Origin: Deltaproteobacteria bacterium
Lineage (GTDB): Bacteria; Desulfobacterota; B13-G15; RBG-16-54-18
Assembly: GCA_019308925.1 (NCBI GenBank)
Contig: JAFDHG010000014.1
Span: 1 to 60,854 of the forward strand
Length of the DNA: 60,854 nt
Direction of reading: 5' to 3'
The number at the start of each line of letters is the position of its first letter. Positions within the stretch are counted from its first letter, which is position 1. The translations under genes were made by a program, and so were the position numbers. Shown in pieces: positions 1 through 9,589 of this stretch. The notes beneath the pieces were generated by a model. It was not told the origin of the DNA. It searched no databases and was given only the letters and a program-made list of their open reading frames with translations.

Positions 1-1707
1 AATAAATGTCTTAATTTTTTTATTCCTAAAATACTTAAGCGTGGGAATGACTTCGGGGAAGATAGGATGAACAAAAATACCTTCTAGTTTCTTCGACTCA
101 AAGGTGGTTGCCACATTCTGGTTATTTGGATGATTTGGAAAAATTAACTCCAGCTGACTTGCAAAATCTAGTCCTGTAGTCTCTAAATATCTCTTTTTAG
201 CCTCGCTTTTAGAGATATTATATTCCTCTGTCATAAGTTTTACACCCAATCCCGTCAAGAAATGCATGGTATTTGCGATGGTCCCATCAAAATCAAAAAT
301 TACAGCTTTAACTTTGCTTCTTATGAGAGAATCCCTCTTTAGAAAATAATCCCATGACAAAAATGTTCTCAATATTACAATTCTATTAGCCTGAATGGCT
401 ATAATAATCACGGCAAATAATACAAAAATCGGATGAAAATACGTCATCATTCCACCTATGAAAAGTAAAAACAGTCTAAAGTCTCTGCCTCTTCCAGCAG
501 CAATCAATTTCCCTTTATATTTGTAGCCAAAATTAGCTACTGACTTTGCGGAAGTATAACTAATCATCAAATGTCCTAAAATAGCGAATCCAAAGATAAT
601 AAAGATAATTAAAGGACTCCAATAAAATCCAAAAGTCTCTTTATTTCCTATTCCTATTAATGAATAATAAAAAATCCCTAAAAAGATGAGACCATCAACA
701 TAGCGGTCAAGAACCGCATCAATGAAATCACCTAATGAAGATTGCATATGCTTAAGCCGTGCTATCTCTCCGTCACAACCATCTAATATGCTTGATATTT
801 GTATCAATAAAGCCCCTATAATGGCATGGCCGAGAAAAAAATATAAACTACTTATAAGACCTACAATAAAGCTCAGTATTGAGACCTGATTAGGAGTGAT
901 TCCTCTGTGGGTTTTAAGAAGTAATGGTGTGAATATCCTGGTAGAAAATTTTCGATTTATATATCGAGAAATTAAACCATCAGCAGGTTTTATTAAATTA
1001 CCCTGTAATAGTTTTTCCGCTTTCTTAAATGCCTCATCATCATCCACATCAATCCAAAAATCACCTTTAATATCAAAGGCTTTAGCCTTTCCCTTGCTGG
1101 CCAGCACCCTTATCCCTCCTGAAAGAGAGCTGTCGTCATTATGTAAACTTTCTTCAATGGCGGTGAATATTGCCGGAGAACAAAGAAAAATTCCTGTATC
1201 ATAAGCGTTATATTTCTTGATATTCTTTCCTATATCTAAAATCCTGTTTTCTTCGACAAGAACTTTGGTAACATCATTAACATCAACAAGCTTATTGGTT
1301 TTAATGTTATAATCTACAGCCAGCATAACTTCGCCATCGGCTATTTTCTCATCCTTTAGCCTTACCAGTATCGATTCGTCAAAGATATGATCCCCCATCA
1401 ACAGGACAAAATTCTCATTTAATAGTTTTTTTGCCTTGAGCACAGATATGCCGTTTCCCCTTTCCCATTCTTCATTTGTGATATGGGTTATATTTATATT
1501 TCTGCTCTGGCTAAATCTGTTAAGATATTTCCTTACCTTTTCACCATTGTATCCTGTTACCACATAGAAATCCGTTAGACCGCCCTTCTTTGCGGTTAAT
1601 ATCACCCGTTCAATAAGGGATAATCCCAGAAGTGGAATAAGGGGCTTTGAATCGACCTTAGTTGACAGTCTGCTTCCCCGTCCTGCAGCGATGATTAAGC
1701 ATTTCAT
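1..1707 (-). CDS. NTP-transferase + CDP-alcohol phosphotransferase (IPCT/DIPPS-like) fused to a C-terminal HAD-family hydrolase; partial, runs off the left edge
   Basis: Manually translated stop-free frame from ATG at 1707 to base 1 (569 codons). N-term MKCLIIAAGRGSRL...KPL (NTP-transferase); DGCDGEIARLKHMQSSLGDFIDAVLDR (CDP-alcohol phosphotransferase motif, ~700-783) with hydrophobic segments; KVKAVIFDFDGT (HAD motif I, DFDGT at 280-294). Confidence 0.88.
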   Translation of the reverse strand, partial: MKCLIIAAGRGSRLSTKVDSKPLIPLLGLSLIERVILTAKKGGLTDFYVVTGYNGEKVRKYLNRFSQSRNINITHITNEEWERGNGISVLKAKKLLNENFVLLMGDHIFDESILVRLKDEKIADGEVMLAVDYNIKTNKLVDVNDVTKVLVEENRILDIGKNIKKYNAYDTGIFLCSPAIFTAIEESLHNDDSSLSGGIRVLASKGKAKAFDIKGDFWIDVDDDEAFKKAEKLLQGNLIKPADGLISRYINRKFSTRIFTPLLLKTHRGITPNQVSILSFIVGLISSLYFFLGHAIIGALLIQISSILDGCDGEIARLKHMQSSLGDFIDAVLDRYVDGLIFLGIFYYSLIGIGNKETFGFYWSPLIIFIIFGFAILGHLMISYTSAKSVANFGYKYKGKLIAAGRGRDFRLFLLFIGGMMTYFHPIFVLFAVIIIAIQANRIVILRTFLSWDYFLKRDSLIRSKVKAVIFDFDGTIANTMHFLTGLGVKLMTEEYNISKSEAKKRYLETTGLDFASQLELIFPNHPNNQNVATTFESKKLEGIFVHPIFPEVIPTLKYFRNKKIKTFI

Positions 1708-1864
1708 ATTTAATCTTCTCTTTTCCCTTTGATGAAATCCTCTGTTAATTGATATGCCTCGCAACCATCTCCTGTTTATTATGGCTTGTAGATGCTAAAA
1801 TTTCATATAATGGTTATCTTTATCCATTTTAGCATAAGATCTTGGGAACAAATAGCAAACCCGA

Positions 1865-1949
1865 CTCCTTGACAGGTAAGTGGATTCTCTGAAGAAGAGA
1901 TTGGTTGTATATCTGTTAAATAGAACTCTTTTACCTGTCTGTCAAGGAG
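1865..1949. repeat. Imperfect inverted repeat, 15-bp arms
   Basis: CTCCTTGACAGGTAA (1865-1879) vs TTACCTGTC[TGTC]AAGGAG (1931-1949): reverse complement apart from a 4-bp duplication. Confidence 0.6.
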
Positions 1950-2135
1950 GGGGACGAAGGCAGGCCATTTTGCTCATCATATTGCGGATAAAAGAAGTTG
2001 TCGAAGGCAATTTAGGGAAATCTTTGATTTCCCTCTTATATGCTATTATATGAAGCGACTGACATATTTCTATAATAGATTTAGCACCAAATGGACGAAG
2101 GGTCTGCCTCCATAAAACTATAAGCTAGATGCAGA

Positions 2136-3026
2136 TCATGCCCTGGGGTGGAATTGGCGGTGAAGCCGTTTGAGATATTCCTGGTTTACATGGGTGTAGA
2201 TCTGGGTGGTGCTGATATCCACATGGCCCAGCATCGCCTGGACGAACCTGAGATCCGCCCCCCGCTCCAGGAGATGGGTGGCAAAGGAGTGACGCAGGGT
2301 ATGGGGGGTGATCCTCTTGGTGATCCCGGCTCGGAGGGCATAATTCTTCAAGATCTTCCAAAACCCCTGCCTGCTGAGCTTCCCCCCCCTGTTGTTCAAG
2401 AAGAGATAGGGGCTTTCCCTCCCCTTGAGGATGACCGGCCTCACCCTCTCCAGGTATATCCCTACCTTTTCCATGGCCACCTCCCCGATGGGGACGATCC
2501 TCTCTCTACTCCCCTTTCCCCTGACCGTCACGAACCCCACATCCCTGTTCAGCCCACCTATGGGGAGATCGACAAGCTCCGAGACCCTCATCCCCGTGGC
2601 ATAGAGGAGTTCCAGCATCGCCCCATCCCTGATCCCCCGAGGGGTCCCAGCATCGGGTTGTGCCAATAGCCTTTCCACCTCCTGAACGGAGAGGACATGG
2701 GGTAGGGTTGGACTCACCCTTGGAAGCTCCATATCCTCTAAGGGGTTAACCTCCAGATATCCCTCTTGAGAGAGGTATCTGTACAGGCCGCGCAGGGCTA
2801 CTAAGGCCCTAGTGATGCTCCTGAGCGAAAGCCCCCTCTTTCTCAATGACAGGACAAAGGCCATGACGGTGAGCTTAGTGGTCTCAGAGAGGGAAGAAAT
2901 TCCCTCCTGTTCCAAAAAGTCCAGGTAGGCGATAAGGTCTCGGCTATAGGCCTCGAGGGTGTTGCGGGCAAGACCCTTTTCCACCGCCAGGTAGTGGAGG
3001 AAGGGGTCCAGAATCTCTTCCTTCAT
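2136..3026 (-). CDS. xerD: Site-specific tyrosine recombinase XerD
   Basis: ELLYATGMRVSEL, HTLRHSFATHLL, LGH, TQIYTH catalytic motifs. Likely start MKEEILD at 3026, overlapping the upstream stop (ATGA). Confidence 0.93.
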   Translation of the reverse strand: MKEEILDPFLHYLAVEKGLARNTLEAYSRDLIAYLDFLEQEGISSLSETTKLTVMAFVLSLRKRGLSLRSITRALVALRGLYRYLSQEGYLEVNPLEDMELPRVSPTLPHVLSVQEVERLLAQPDAGTPRGIRDGAMLELLYATGMRVSELVDLPIGGLNRDVGFVTVRGKGSRERIVPIGEVAMEKVGIYLERVRPVILKGRESPYLFLNNRGGKLSRQGFWKILKNYALRAGITKRITPHTLRHSFATHLLERGADLRFVQAMLGHVDISTTQIYTHVNQEYLKRLHRQFHPRA

Positions 3027-3505
3027 AGGTCTACAATCTTGGCTTCGATTGCCTCTAAACGGGCGATGGCCACGGTACAACGCCCATAGAGCCATCCGCC
3101 GCACTCCCCTGGATTCACCACCAGGGTCTCACCCTCCCTCTTTACCTCGGGGATATGGGTGTGGGCATAGACGATGAGGCGATATATTCCGCTGGCCTGC
3201 ACGGCCTCCAAAATAGGCATCTCATGGGCCACTAGAACCTTCCAACCCCCTAGTTCGAATTCCGCCGGCGGGGGGTGGAGCCTGCCTTCAGATGCCTTCT
3301 GCAGTCCCAGCCGCTCTCCATCGTTGTTGCCGAAGACACCTAAATAGTCGCACTTGAGGAGATGATTGAGGGGATGAAGGGAAAAGGGGGCGATATAGTC
3401 CCCCGCATGGATCACCATCTCCACCCCTTCGGTGTTGAATAGCTCGCAGGCCCGCTCTATCATCTGCACATGGTCGTGGGAATCGGCCATGATACCTATC
3501 TTCAT
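3023..3505 (-). CDS. YfcE/MJ0936-family metallophosphoesterase
   Basis: DSH, HAGD, GNND, H, HTH and NPG calcineurin-like motifs. Confidence 0.9.
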   Translation of the reverse strand: MKIGIMADSHDHVQMIERACELFNTEGVEMVIHAGDYIAPFSLHPLNHLLKCDYLGVFGNNDGERLGLQKASEGRLHPPPAEFELGGWKVLVAHEMPILEAVQASGIYRLIVYAHTHIPEVKREGETLVVNPGECGGWLYGRCTVAIARLEAIEAKIVDL

Positions 3506-3517
3506 CCCGCTCCTCCC

Positions 3518-3961
3518 TCAAAGGCCCGTGTGCCCAAATCCCCCCTCACCCCTGGTGCTGACGGGCAGTTCATCCACCTCCTGTAGCTCTGCACGGCAGA
3601 CCTGATGGATGACCAACTGGGCAACCCTGTCACCATCCCTGATGACGAAGGGCCTATCCCCTAGGTTGATAAGGATCGCCCCTATCTCGCCCCGGTAGTC
3701 GGCATCGACGGTCCCAGGGGAGTTGAGCAGGGTCACACCATGCCTCAGGGCCAGCCCGCTACGGGGTCTCACTTGGGCCTCGTACCCCTTTGGTAGGGTA
3801 ATAGCAACCCCAGTGGGGATGAGGCGCCATCGGCCTGGGGCCAAGGTAACCTCCCCTTCCTCCAGGCAGGCGAAAAGATCCATCCCTGAGGAATACGGCG
3901 TCATATACTGGGGGAGCCTTGCCCCATCCCCCCTTAACCTCCTCACCTGCACCCTCACCAT
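3518..3961 (-). CDS. dut: dUTP diphosphatase
   Basis: [36 protein letters not shown] motifs. Confidence 0.96.
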   Translation of the reverse strand: MVRVQVRRLRGDGARLPQYMTPYSSGMDLFACLEEGEVTLAPGRWRLIPTGVAITLPKGYEAQVRPRSGLALRHGVTLLNSPGTVDADYRGEIGAILINLGDRPFVIRDGDRVAQLVIHQVCRAELQEVDELPVSTRGEGGFGHTGL

Positions 3962-3962
3962 C

Positions 3963-5228
3963 TCACAGATCCAATCCCTTCCAAGGGAGCTCCCCTTCCT
4001 CTATGGTCCCCAAAAGGGTGAGACAGAGGGTACGGGAATCGAGCATCTCATGGGCTACATAGGCAATACCCTCTTCCGAAACCCCACCCAGTTCCTGCAG
4101 GGCCTCTTCCAGGGGTATGTGGCGGCTGAAATAGATCTCATTCTTGGCCAGCCTGCTCATTCTCCCCTCGGAACCTTCCAGGCTAAGTATCATACCCCCC
4201 CTTAGATATTCCTTGGCTGCCAACAGGTCCTCCGTCCTTATCCTCCCCGCCCTTATGGCCTTTAATTCTTGAAGAATTAAGGCAACTACCTCCTGTACCT
4301 CATCCTTGGTGGTGCCGGCATAGACCCCGAAAAGGCCGGTATCGGTATAGGTGTTGAGGAAGGAGTATATGCTATAGGCCAAACCCCTCTTCTCCCTGAT
4401 CTCCTGAAAGAGCCGTGAGCTCATGTTTCCCCCCAGCATGGTGTTCAGGGCATGGCCAGCAAACCTGAGACTGTGACCATAATGGATACCCTTGGTCCCT
4501 AGGCAGAAGTGAATCTGCTCTAGATCCCGGTATTTGACCTTTATCCGTACCTTTCCTCCCTGAGTCCCCTCACGCTTTGCCATAGAACGGCCAGGCTTGA
4601 GATGGCCGAGCTGGGCCTCTACCATCCTCACCATCTGTTGGTGATCCAGCCTCCCTGCTGCAGCCACGATCAGCTTGTCCGGGGTGTAGTTTTCCTGAAA
4701 GAAGGTGACGATCTGGTCGCGTTGGAAGGAGAGGACATTCTCCTGCGCCCCAGCTACCGGGTATCCCAGGGGGTGATCCCCCCAAAAGGAACGGTGGAAG
4801 AGGTCGTGGATGTAGTCATCGGGGGTATCCTCGACCATCTTTATTTCCTGCAGGACCACCATCCTCTCCCTCTCTATCTCCTGGGGGTCAAAGACGGAGT
4901 TGGCAAGGATATCGGCTAATATATCTATGGCCAAGACAACGTCTTTATGGAGGACCTTTGCATGGAGGCAGGTGTACTCCTTTCCGGTAAAGGCGTTGAT
5001 GCTTCCCCCCACCGACTCTATCTCCCTACTTATATCAAATGCGCTGCGTCTCTTCGTCCCCTTAAAGAGTAGGTGTTCAATGAAGTGAGAAAGGCCGTTC
5101 TCCCTGGCCTCCTCATCCCTGGACCCTGTGGTAATCCATATCCCAAGGGAGATTGACTCCAGGTTCGGGATCACCTCCGTCACCACCCTGATTCCATTAT
5201 CTAATACGCTCTTCTGATAGAGTCCCAT
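3963..5228 (-). CDS. M16 family (pitrilysin-like) zinc peptidase
   Basis: [11 protein letters not shown] (HxxEH), [20 protein letters not shown]; usual position downstream of pnp. Confidence 0.92.
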   Translation of the reverse strand: MGLYQKSVLDNGIRVVTEVIPNLESISLGIWITTGSRDEEARENGLSHFIEHLLFKGTKRRSAFDISREIESVGGSINAFTGKEYTCLHAKVLHKDVVLAIDILADILANSVFDPQEIERERMVVLQEIKMVEDTPDDYIHDLFHRSFWGDHPLGYPVAGAQENVLSFQRDQIVTFFQENYTPDKLIVAAAGRLDHQQMVRMVEAQLGHLKPGRSMAKREGTQGGKVRIKVKYRDLEQIHFCLGTKGIHYGHSLRFAGHALNTMLGGNMSSRLFQEIREKRGLAYSIYSFLNTYTDTGLFGVYAGTTKDEVQEVVALILQELKAIRAGRIRTEDLLAAKEYLRGGMILSLEGSEGRMSRLAKNEIYFSRHIPLEEALQELGGVSEEGIAYVAHEMLDSRTLCLTLLGTIEEGELPWKGLDL

Positions 5229-5234
5229 TCCCTT

Positions 5235-5443
5235 GAAAATACACAGTATGAAAAAACGCTTGATAATGTCTCAGCCTTCAACTCCCTTCTCGGCCATACT
5301 TCAAGGAGCTTCGCCCCCTGAAACCCTTCAAAAAGAAAGGGTTGGTTTCAAGGATTCAAGTGGTTTTTCTTTTGCTAAAATCTTAGGTCCCTTGAATCCT
5401 GTATTTTCATTGCGGGGATATGGAGAAACCCTCATGAGGGTTT
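5235..5443 (-). repeat. Composite intergenic repeat element, copy A
   Basis: Reverse complement aligns by eye with 17894-18060: AAACCCTCATGAGGGTTT palindrome, AAAATACAGGATTCAAGG, GATTTTAGCAAA, CTTGAATCCTTGAA, TTTTGAAGGGTTTCAGGGGG. GAAAATAC (5235-5242) and GTATTTTC (5401-5408) are inverted. Confidence 0.8.
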
Positions 5444-5445
5444 AC

Positions 5446-5472
5446 AAAAAAAGACCGATCTCTTCGGCCTTG
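5446..5472 (-). terminator. Intrinsic terminator after pnp
   Basis: Minus strand AAGGCCGA-AGAGA-TCGGTCTT followed by a T run. Confidence 0.7.
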
Positions 5473-5502
5473 TTGCTCTTTGAATCGGGTGATGGAAGGT
5501 GA

Positions 5503-7626
5503 TCAAAACCTCTTCTCCTCACCTTCACGTCTCCCTCTTTGCCGCTCCTCTAATAGGACTGCCCGACGGCTCAACTTGATCTTGCCGTTGCTGTCTATCT
5601 CGATGACCTTTACCTTTATCTCATCCCCCATCCTTAGGACATCAGAGACTTTTCCCACCCTTCCCTCTGCCAATTGGGAGATGTGTACCAGACCTTCCAC
5701 CCCGGGTAGGATCTCAAGGAAGGCGCCGAAGTCAACGATCTTCTTGACCTTTCCCGTGTATACCCCCCCCACCTCTGCCTCCTGGGACGACTTCCTTACC
5801 AGGGCTATAGCCTCCTCGATGGCCTCGGCAGAAGGGGAGGCGATCTTTACAATCCCGCTATCCTCGACGTCCACCTTCACCCCTGTCTTTTCAACGATGG
5901 ACTTGATATTCTTACCCAAGGGTCCGATGACATCCTTTATTCGATCCGGGTTGATCTGGATGGTCACGATGCGGGGGGCGTGTTTGGAGAGGTCCTTTCT
6001 CGGCTTATCCAAGGTATTACTCATGGCATCGAGGACATAAAGTCGGGCCTCTCTGGCCTGGTGGAGGACCTTTTCCATGATGTCCCGACTAAGACCAGGA
6101 ATCTTCACATCCATCTGAAGGGCGGTGATCCCCTCTGTGGTCCCGGCCAATTTAAAGTCCATATCGCCGTGATGATCTTCGTCCCCGACGATGTCGGTGA
6201 GAATGGCCACCTGATCATCCTCCTTCATCAGGCCCATGGCGATACCTGCCACTGAGGCCTTTATGGGAACCCCTGCGTCCATCAAGGAGAGGCAACCGCC
6301 GCAAACAGTGGCCATGGAGGAGGAGCCATTGGACTCCAATACCTCAGAGACCACGCGGATGGTATAGGGAAACTCCTCGGCAGAAGGCAAAACAGGCAGC
6401 AGGGCCCTCTCGGCCAGGGCGCCATGTCCGATCTCCCGCCGGCTGGGTGAGCGCAAAAAGGATACCTCCCCTACACAGAAAGGGGGGAAGTTGTAATGGA
6501 GCATGAAGGTCTTATATATCTCCCCCTCCAAGAGGGACTCCACCTTCTGCTCGTCCTCAGATGTGCCGAAGGTGGTGACGGCCAAGACCTGCGTCTCTCC
6601 CCTGGTGAAGAGGGCTGAACCATGAGTACGAGGTAGTAGGCCCACCTCACAGCTAACCGGCCTGATGTCAACAAGACCCCTTCCATCGATTCTCTTTTTG
6701 TCCTTAAAGATGGAGGAGCGTACCACCTCTCGCTCAGCATCCTCAAAGGCCCTCTTCACCTCGGAGCTAAACTCTCTCTCTGCCCCGCCGAATCTCTCCA
6801 TGGCCTCCTGAAATATCTCGTTTATCCTGTCTCTGCGCTCAATCTTGCAAGAGATATGGAAGGCATCTTGAAGGAGGGGTTTTACAAATCCCTTCTCCTC
6901 CTCCCAGAGGGGACCACCCTCTCCCAGGGGGACGTACGGCCTTTTGTCCTTTCCGCAGATCTCCCTAAGCTCATCCTGTATGTCAAGGATCGGTTTGAGG
7001 GCCTCATAGCCATAGAAGATTGCCTCAAGAAGCACCTGCTCATCTACAATCCTGCCCCCTCCCTCTACCATCACCATCCCCTCTCTGTTCCCCGCTACGA
7101 TAAGGTCCAAGTCACTCCTTTCCAAATCGTCCGTAGTGGGATTGATAATAAAATCCCCGTCTGTTCTACCCACCTTGACCCCTGCAACAGGCCCCATAAA
7201 GGGGATGTTCGATGCCTGCAGGGCAGCCGAGGCCCCGATCATCCCCAAGATGGAGGGATCGTTCTGTTGATCGGCGGAAAGCACCGTGGCGATCACCTGG
7301 GTCTCGTTGAGGAATCCCTTGGGAAAAAGGGGTCTGATGCTCCTGTCTATCAGACGGGAGGAAAGGATCTCTCGGGCGGTAGGACGCCCCTCCCGCTTAA
7401 AGAAGCCCCCGGGGATCCGGCCTGCCGCATAGGTCATCTCAATATAGTTCACCGTTAGTGGGAAGAAGTCCACCCCCTCCCTCGGCTCCCTATTGGACAC
7501 CGCCGTGACCAAGACCACGGTCTCTCCATATTGGACAAGGATGGCGCCATCGGCCTGCCTGGCAACCCCCTCGGTCTCAATTGAAAGGTGCCGTCCAGCC
7601 CATTCTCTATCCACTTTCTTCTTCAT
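5503..7626 (-). CDS. pnp: Polyribonucleotide nucleotidyltransferase
   Basis: Two RNase PH domains (RIPGGFFKREGRP, ESNGSSSMA, GDMDFK), KH and S1. Start at 7626 chosen for RBS (AGGAG) spacing; the ORF track starts at 7635. Confidence 0.97.
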   Translation of the reverse strand: MKKKVDREWAGRHLSIETEGVARQADGAILVQYGETVVLVTAVSNREPREGVDFFPLTVNYIEMTYAAGRIPGGFFKREGRPTAREILSSRLIDRSIRPLFPKGFLNETQVIATVLSADQQNDPSILGMIGASAALQASNIPFMGPVAGVKVGRTDGDFIINPTTDDLERSDLDLIVAGNREGMVMVEGGGRIVDEQVLLEAIFYGYEALKPILDIQDELREICGKDKRPYVPLGEGGPLWEEEKGFVKPLLQDAFHISCKIERRDRINEIFQEAMERFGGAEREFSSEVKRAFEDAEREVVRSSIFKDKKRIDGRGLVDIRPVSCEVGLLPRTHGSALFTRGETQVLAVTTFGTSEDEQKVESLLEGEIYKTFMLHYNFPPFCVGEVSFLRSPSRREIGHGALAERALLPVLPSAEEFPYTIRVVSEVLESNGSSSMATVCGGCLSLMDAGVPIKASVAGIAMGLMKEDDQVAILTDIVGDEDHHGDMDFKLAGTTEGITALQMDVKIPGLSRDIMEKVLHQAREARLYVLDAMSNTLDKPRKDLSKHAPRIVTIQINPDRIKDVIGPLGKNIKSIVEKTGVKVDVEDSGIVKIASPSAEAIEEAIALVRKSSQEAEVGGVYTGKVKKIVDFGAFLEILPGVEGLVHISQLAEGRVGKVSDVLRMGDEIKVKVIEIDSNGKIKLSRRAVLLEERQRGRREGEEKRF

Positions 7627-7655
7627 ATAACTCATCTCCTTCCTAGAACAAAGCG

Positions 7656-7925
7656 CTATTTCCTGATCCCCAGCCGTTCGATCAGGCTTCGGTAACTCGC
7701 CACATCTTGACGTTTTAGATAATCGAGGAGGGATCTCCTCAGACTGACCAGTTTGAGGAGACCTCGGCGGGAGTGATGATCCTTCTTGTGCATCTTGAAG
7801 TGTCTCGTCAGATAGTTTATCCTCTCGGTGAGCAGCGCTATCTGCACCTCGGAAGACCCGGTATCTTTATCGTGCAACCTGAATTGTTCTATGACCTCCT
7901 TCTTCCTCTCGGCATCCAAAACCAT
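7656..7925 (-). CDS. rpsO: 30S ribosomal protein S15
   Basis: [26 protein letters not shown]. Confidence 0.98.
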   Translation of the reverse strand: MVLDAERKKEVIEQFRLHDKDTGSSEVQIALLTERINYLTRHFKMHKKDHHSRRGLLKLVSLRRSLLDYLKRQDVASYRSLIERLGIRK

Positions 7926-8931
7926 TTACTTTCCTCCCTGATCCATCCGTATTCTTTAGTTTATCTCTATCACTAAGAGAGGGTTTTGTAAATATTACAT
8001 CATGAAATACCCTCAGGGGCCTGAGTAAAAGGCCCTTCTCCCCCCTTTTAAGACTCCCTACGGCAACAAGCCCTCCCCCTTCTGCCAAAAGCACCCGAAC
8101 CAGTCCCTCATTCTCCTTGCACCCAAGAGGAAGCCCATCCAAGATTATGGCCTGGCCCTGACGGACCCGAAAGGCCCAATCCTGTCCCACCTCGACCGCA
8201 GGCAAAAAACCCAAGGCCTGAGATAGGGGAAGAATCCGCTCCTCCAATTCCACTTTTCTCATCAGCTCTTTAATTTCTTCCAGGGAAAGGGCATCCTTCA
8301 GGGAGAAAGGGCCACTTTTTGTCCTGCACAGCTTTGCCAGATGGGCGCCACAGCCCAATTCTCCCCCGATATCATGGGCCAAGGTACGAATGTATGTCCC
8401 CTTGGAGCATTCGATATGAAGGTGGAGATAAGGTGGATTGATGTCCTTTACCCGTAGCTCATAGATCTCCACCTCCCTGGGTTCCCTCTCAACCTCTTTC
8501 CCTTTTCTGGCGAGCTTATAGAGGGGCTTTCCTCTATGTTTTAAGGCGGAGTACATGGGGGGCAACTGCCTTATCTTCCCCCTAAATTGCTGGAGTACCG
8601 CCTCCACCCTCTGGGAGGAGAGATCACAGCCGTCCAAATCTTCCTCCCTGAGCCTCTCCCCTTCCCTGTCCTGGGTATCGGTGGTTACCCCCAGGTGTAG
8701 GGTGGCCTCATAGACCTTAGTCCCTCCTTCTAAAAAGGGGGCCAGTTTCGTTCCCTCTCCCAACAAGAGGGGGAGGACCCCTGTGGCCAAAGGGTCGAGT
8801 GTCCCCAGATAACCGATCCTTACCCTCTTTATTCCCCTTTTTAGCTCGCGCACCACATCGTAAGAGGCAATCCCCTCTGGTTTATCCACTACTAAAAGGC
8901 CGTTCACCCCATGGGAAAACCCCGCCATCAA
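7867..8931 (-). CDS. truB: tRNA pseudouridine(55) synthase TruB
   Basis: [30 protein letters not shown]. The ORF has an extra C-terminal tail overlapping rpsO. Confidence 0.94.
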   Translation of the reverse strand: MMAGFSHGVNGLLVVDKPEGIASYDVVRELKRGIKRVRIGYLGTLDPLATGVLPLLLGEGTKLAPFLEGGTKVYEATLHLGVTTDTQDREGERLREEDLDGCDLSSQRVEAVLQQFRGKIRQLPPMYSALKHRGKPLYKLARKGKEVEREPREVEIYELRVKDINPPYLHLHIECSKGTYIRTLAHDIGGELGCGAHLAKLCRTKSGPFSLKDALSLEEIKELMRKVELEERILPLSQALGFLPAVEVGQDWAFRVRQGQAIILDGLPLGCKENEGLVRVLLAEGGGLVAVGSLKRGEKGLLLRPLRVFHDVIFTKPSLSDRDKLKNTDGSGRKVNGFGCREEEGGHRTIQVAR

Positions 8932-9284
8932 CCCTCCTCCTTATCCTTCAGGCCCCGCAATAGCTCCTCTATATGACTCCCATATTCCAATGATTCATCA
9001 AAAATAAAGGTGATCTCAGGCATATACTTCAGCCTAACCCTTCGGCCCAGCTCCCTCTTTATGTAACCCTTGGCGCTCTCCAACCCCCTATAGGATTCCT
9101 CTTTCTCCTTCTCTTTACCAAAAACGCTATAGTAGATCTTGGCCATTCTCAGATCATCTGAGACAGCGACTTTGGTAATGGTGACAAACCCTATCCGCGG
9201 GTCTTTAAGCCCTTTGATAAGGATCTGAGAAACCTCTTCCCTGATCATATCCCCCACCTTCTCTGACCTCTTAAACCTCATCAT
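8928..9284 (-). CDS. rbfA: Ribosome-binding factor A
   Basis: KDPRIGFVTIT, DLRMAKIY, PEITF.D.S. Confidence 0.96.
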   Translation of the reverse strand: MMRFKRSEKVGDMIREEVSQILIKGLKDPRIGFVTITKVAVSDDLRMAKIYYSVFGKEKEKEESYRGLESAKGYIKRELGRRVRLKYMPEITFIFDESLEYGSHIEELLRGLKDKEEG

Positions 9285-9573
9285 AGTTAAAATCCAAAAA
9301 CTCCATCTCTGATCTGACCACCTCGACCACTTCCATCCTTTCTATGTAATCGATCACTTTGTCCAGGGAAGAATTGATAAACCTCTTGTCGTTTCCCACC
9401 AGGCATATCCCCACTTGGGTCCTCTGCCATAAATCTTGCCCACCCACTTCGGAGATAGAGACATTGAATTTATCTTTCACCCTCGCCATGAGACTTCTGG
9501 TGATCTGCCTCTTGCGCTTCAGACAGGACCCTTCGGGGAGGATGAGATCAAGATGGCATACCCCCACCACCAT
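9271..9573 (-). CDS. DUF503 (YlxP) family protein
   Basis: SLK.KR-like motif, KFNVSISEV, DLWQR; conserved infB-rbfA position. Confidence 0.85.
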   Translation of the reverse strand: MVVGVCHLDLILPEGSCLKRKRQITRSLMARVKDKFNVSISEVGGQDLWQRTQVGICLVGNDKRFINSSLDKVIDYIERMEVVEVVRSEMEFLDFNYDEV

Positions 9574-9589
9574 CTCCTTTCTCCTTTTT

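Noticed and set aside
896-1204. 102-aa plus-strand ORF in the track
   Set aside because: Antisense shadow of the real minus-strand IPCT/DIPPS-HAD gene.
2040-2135. Possible dif or att site beside xerD at the GC transition
   Set aside because: No convincing XerC/XerD 11-6-11 arms could be read; xerD looks like the ordinary chromosomal gene, not an island integrase or integron intI.
5233-5502. 89-aa plus-strand ORF between the M16 peptidase and pnp
   Set aside because: It spans the repeat element and the pnp terminator; no protein motifs.
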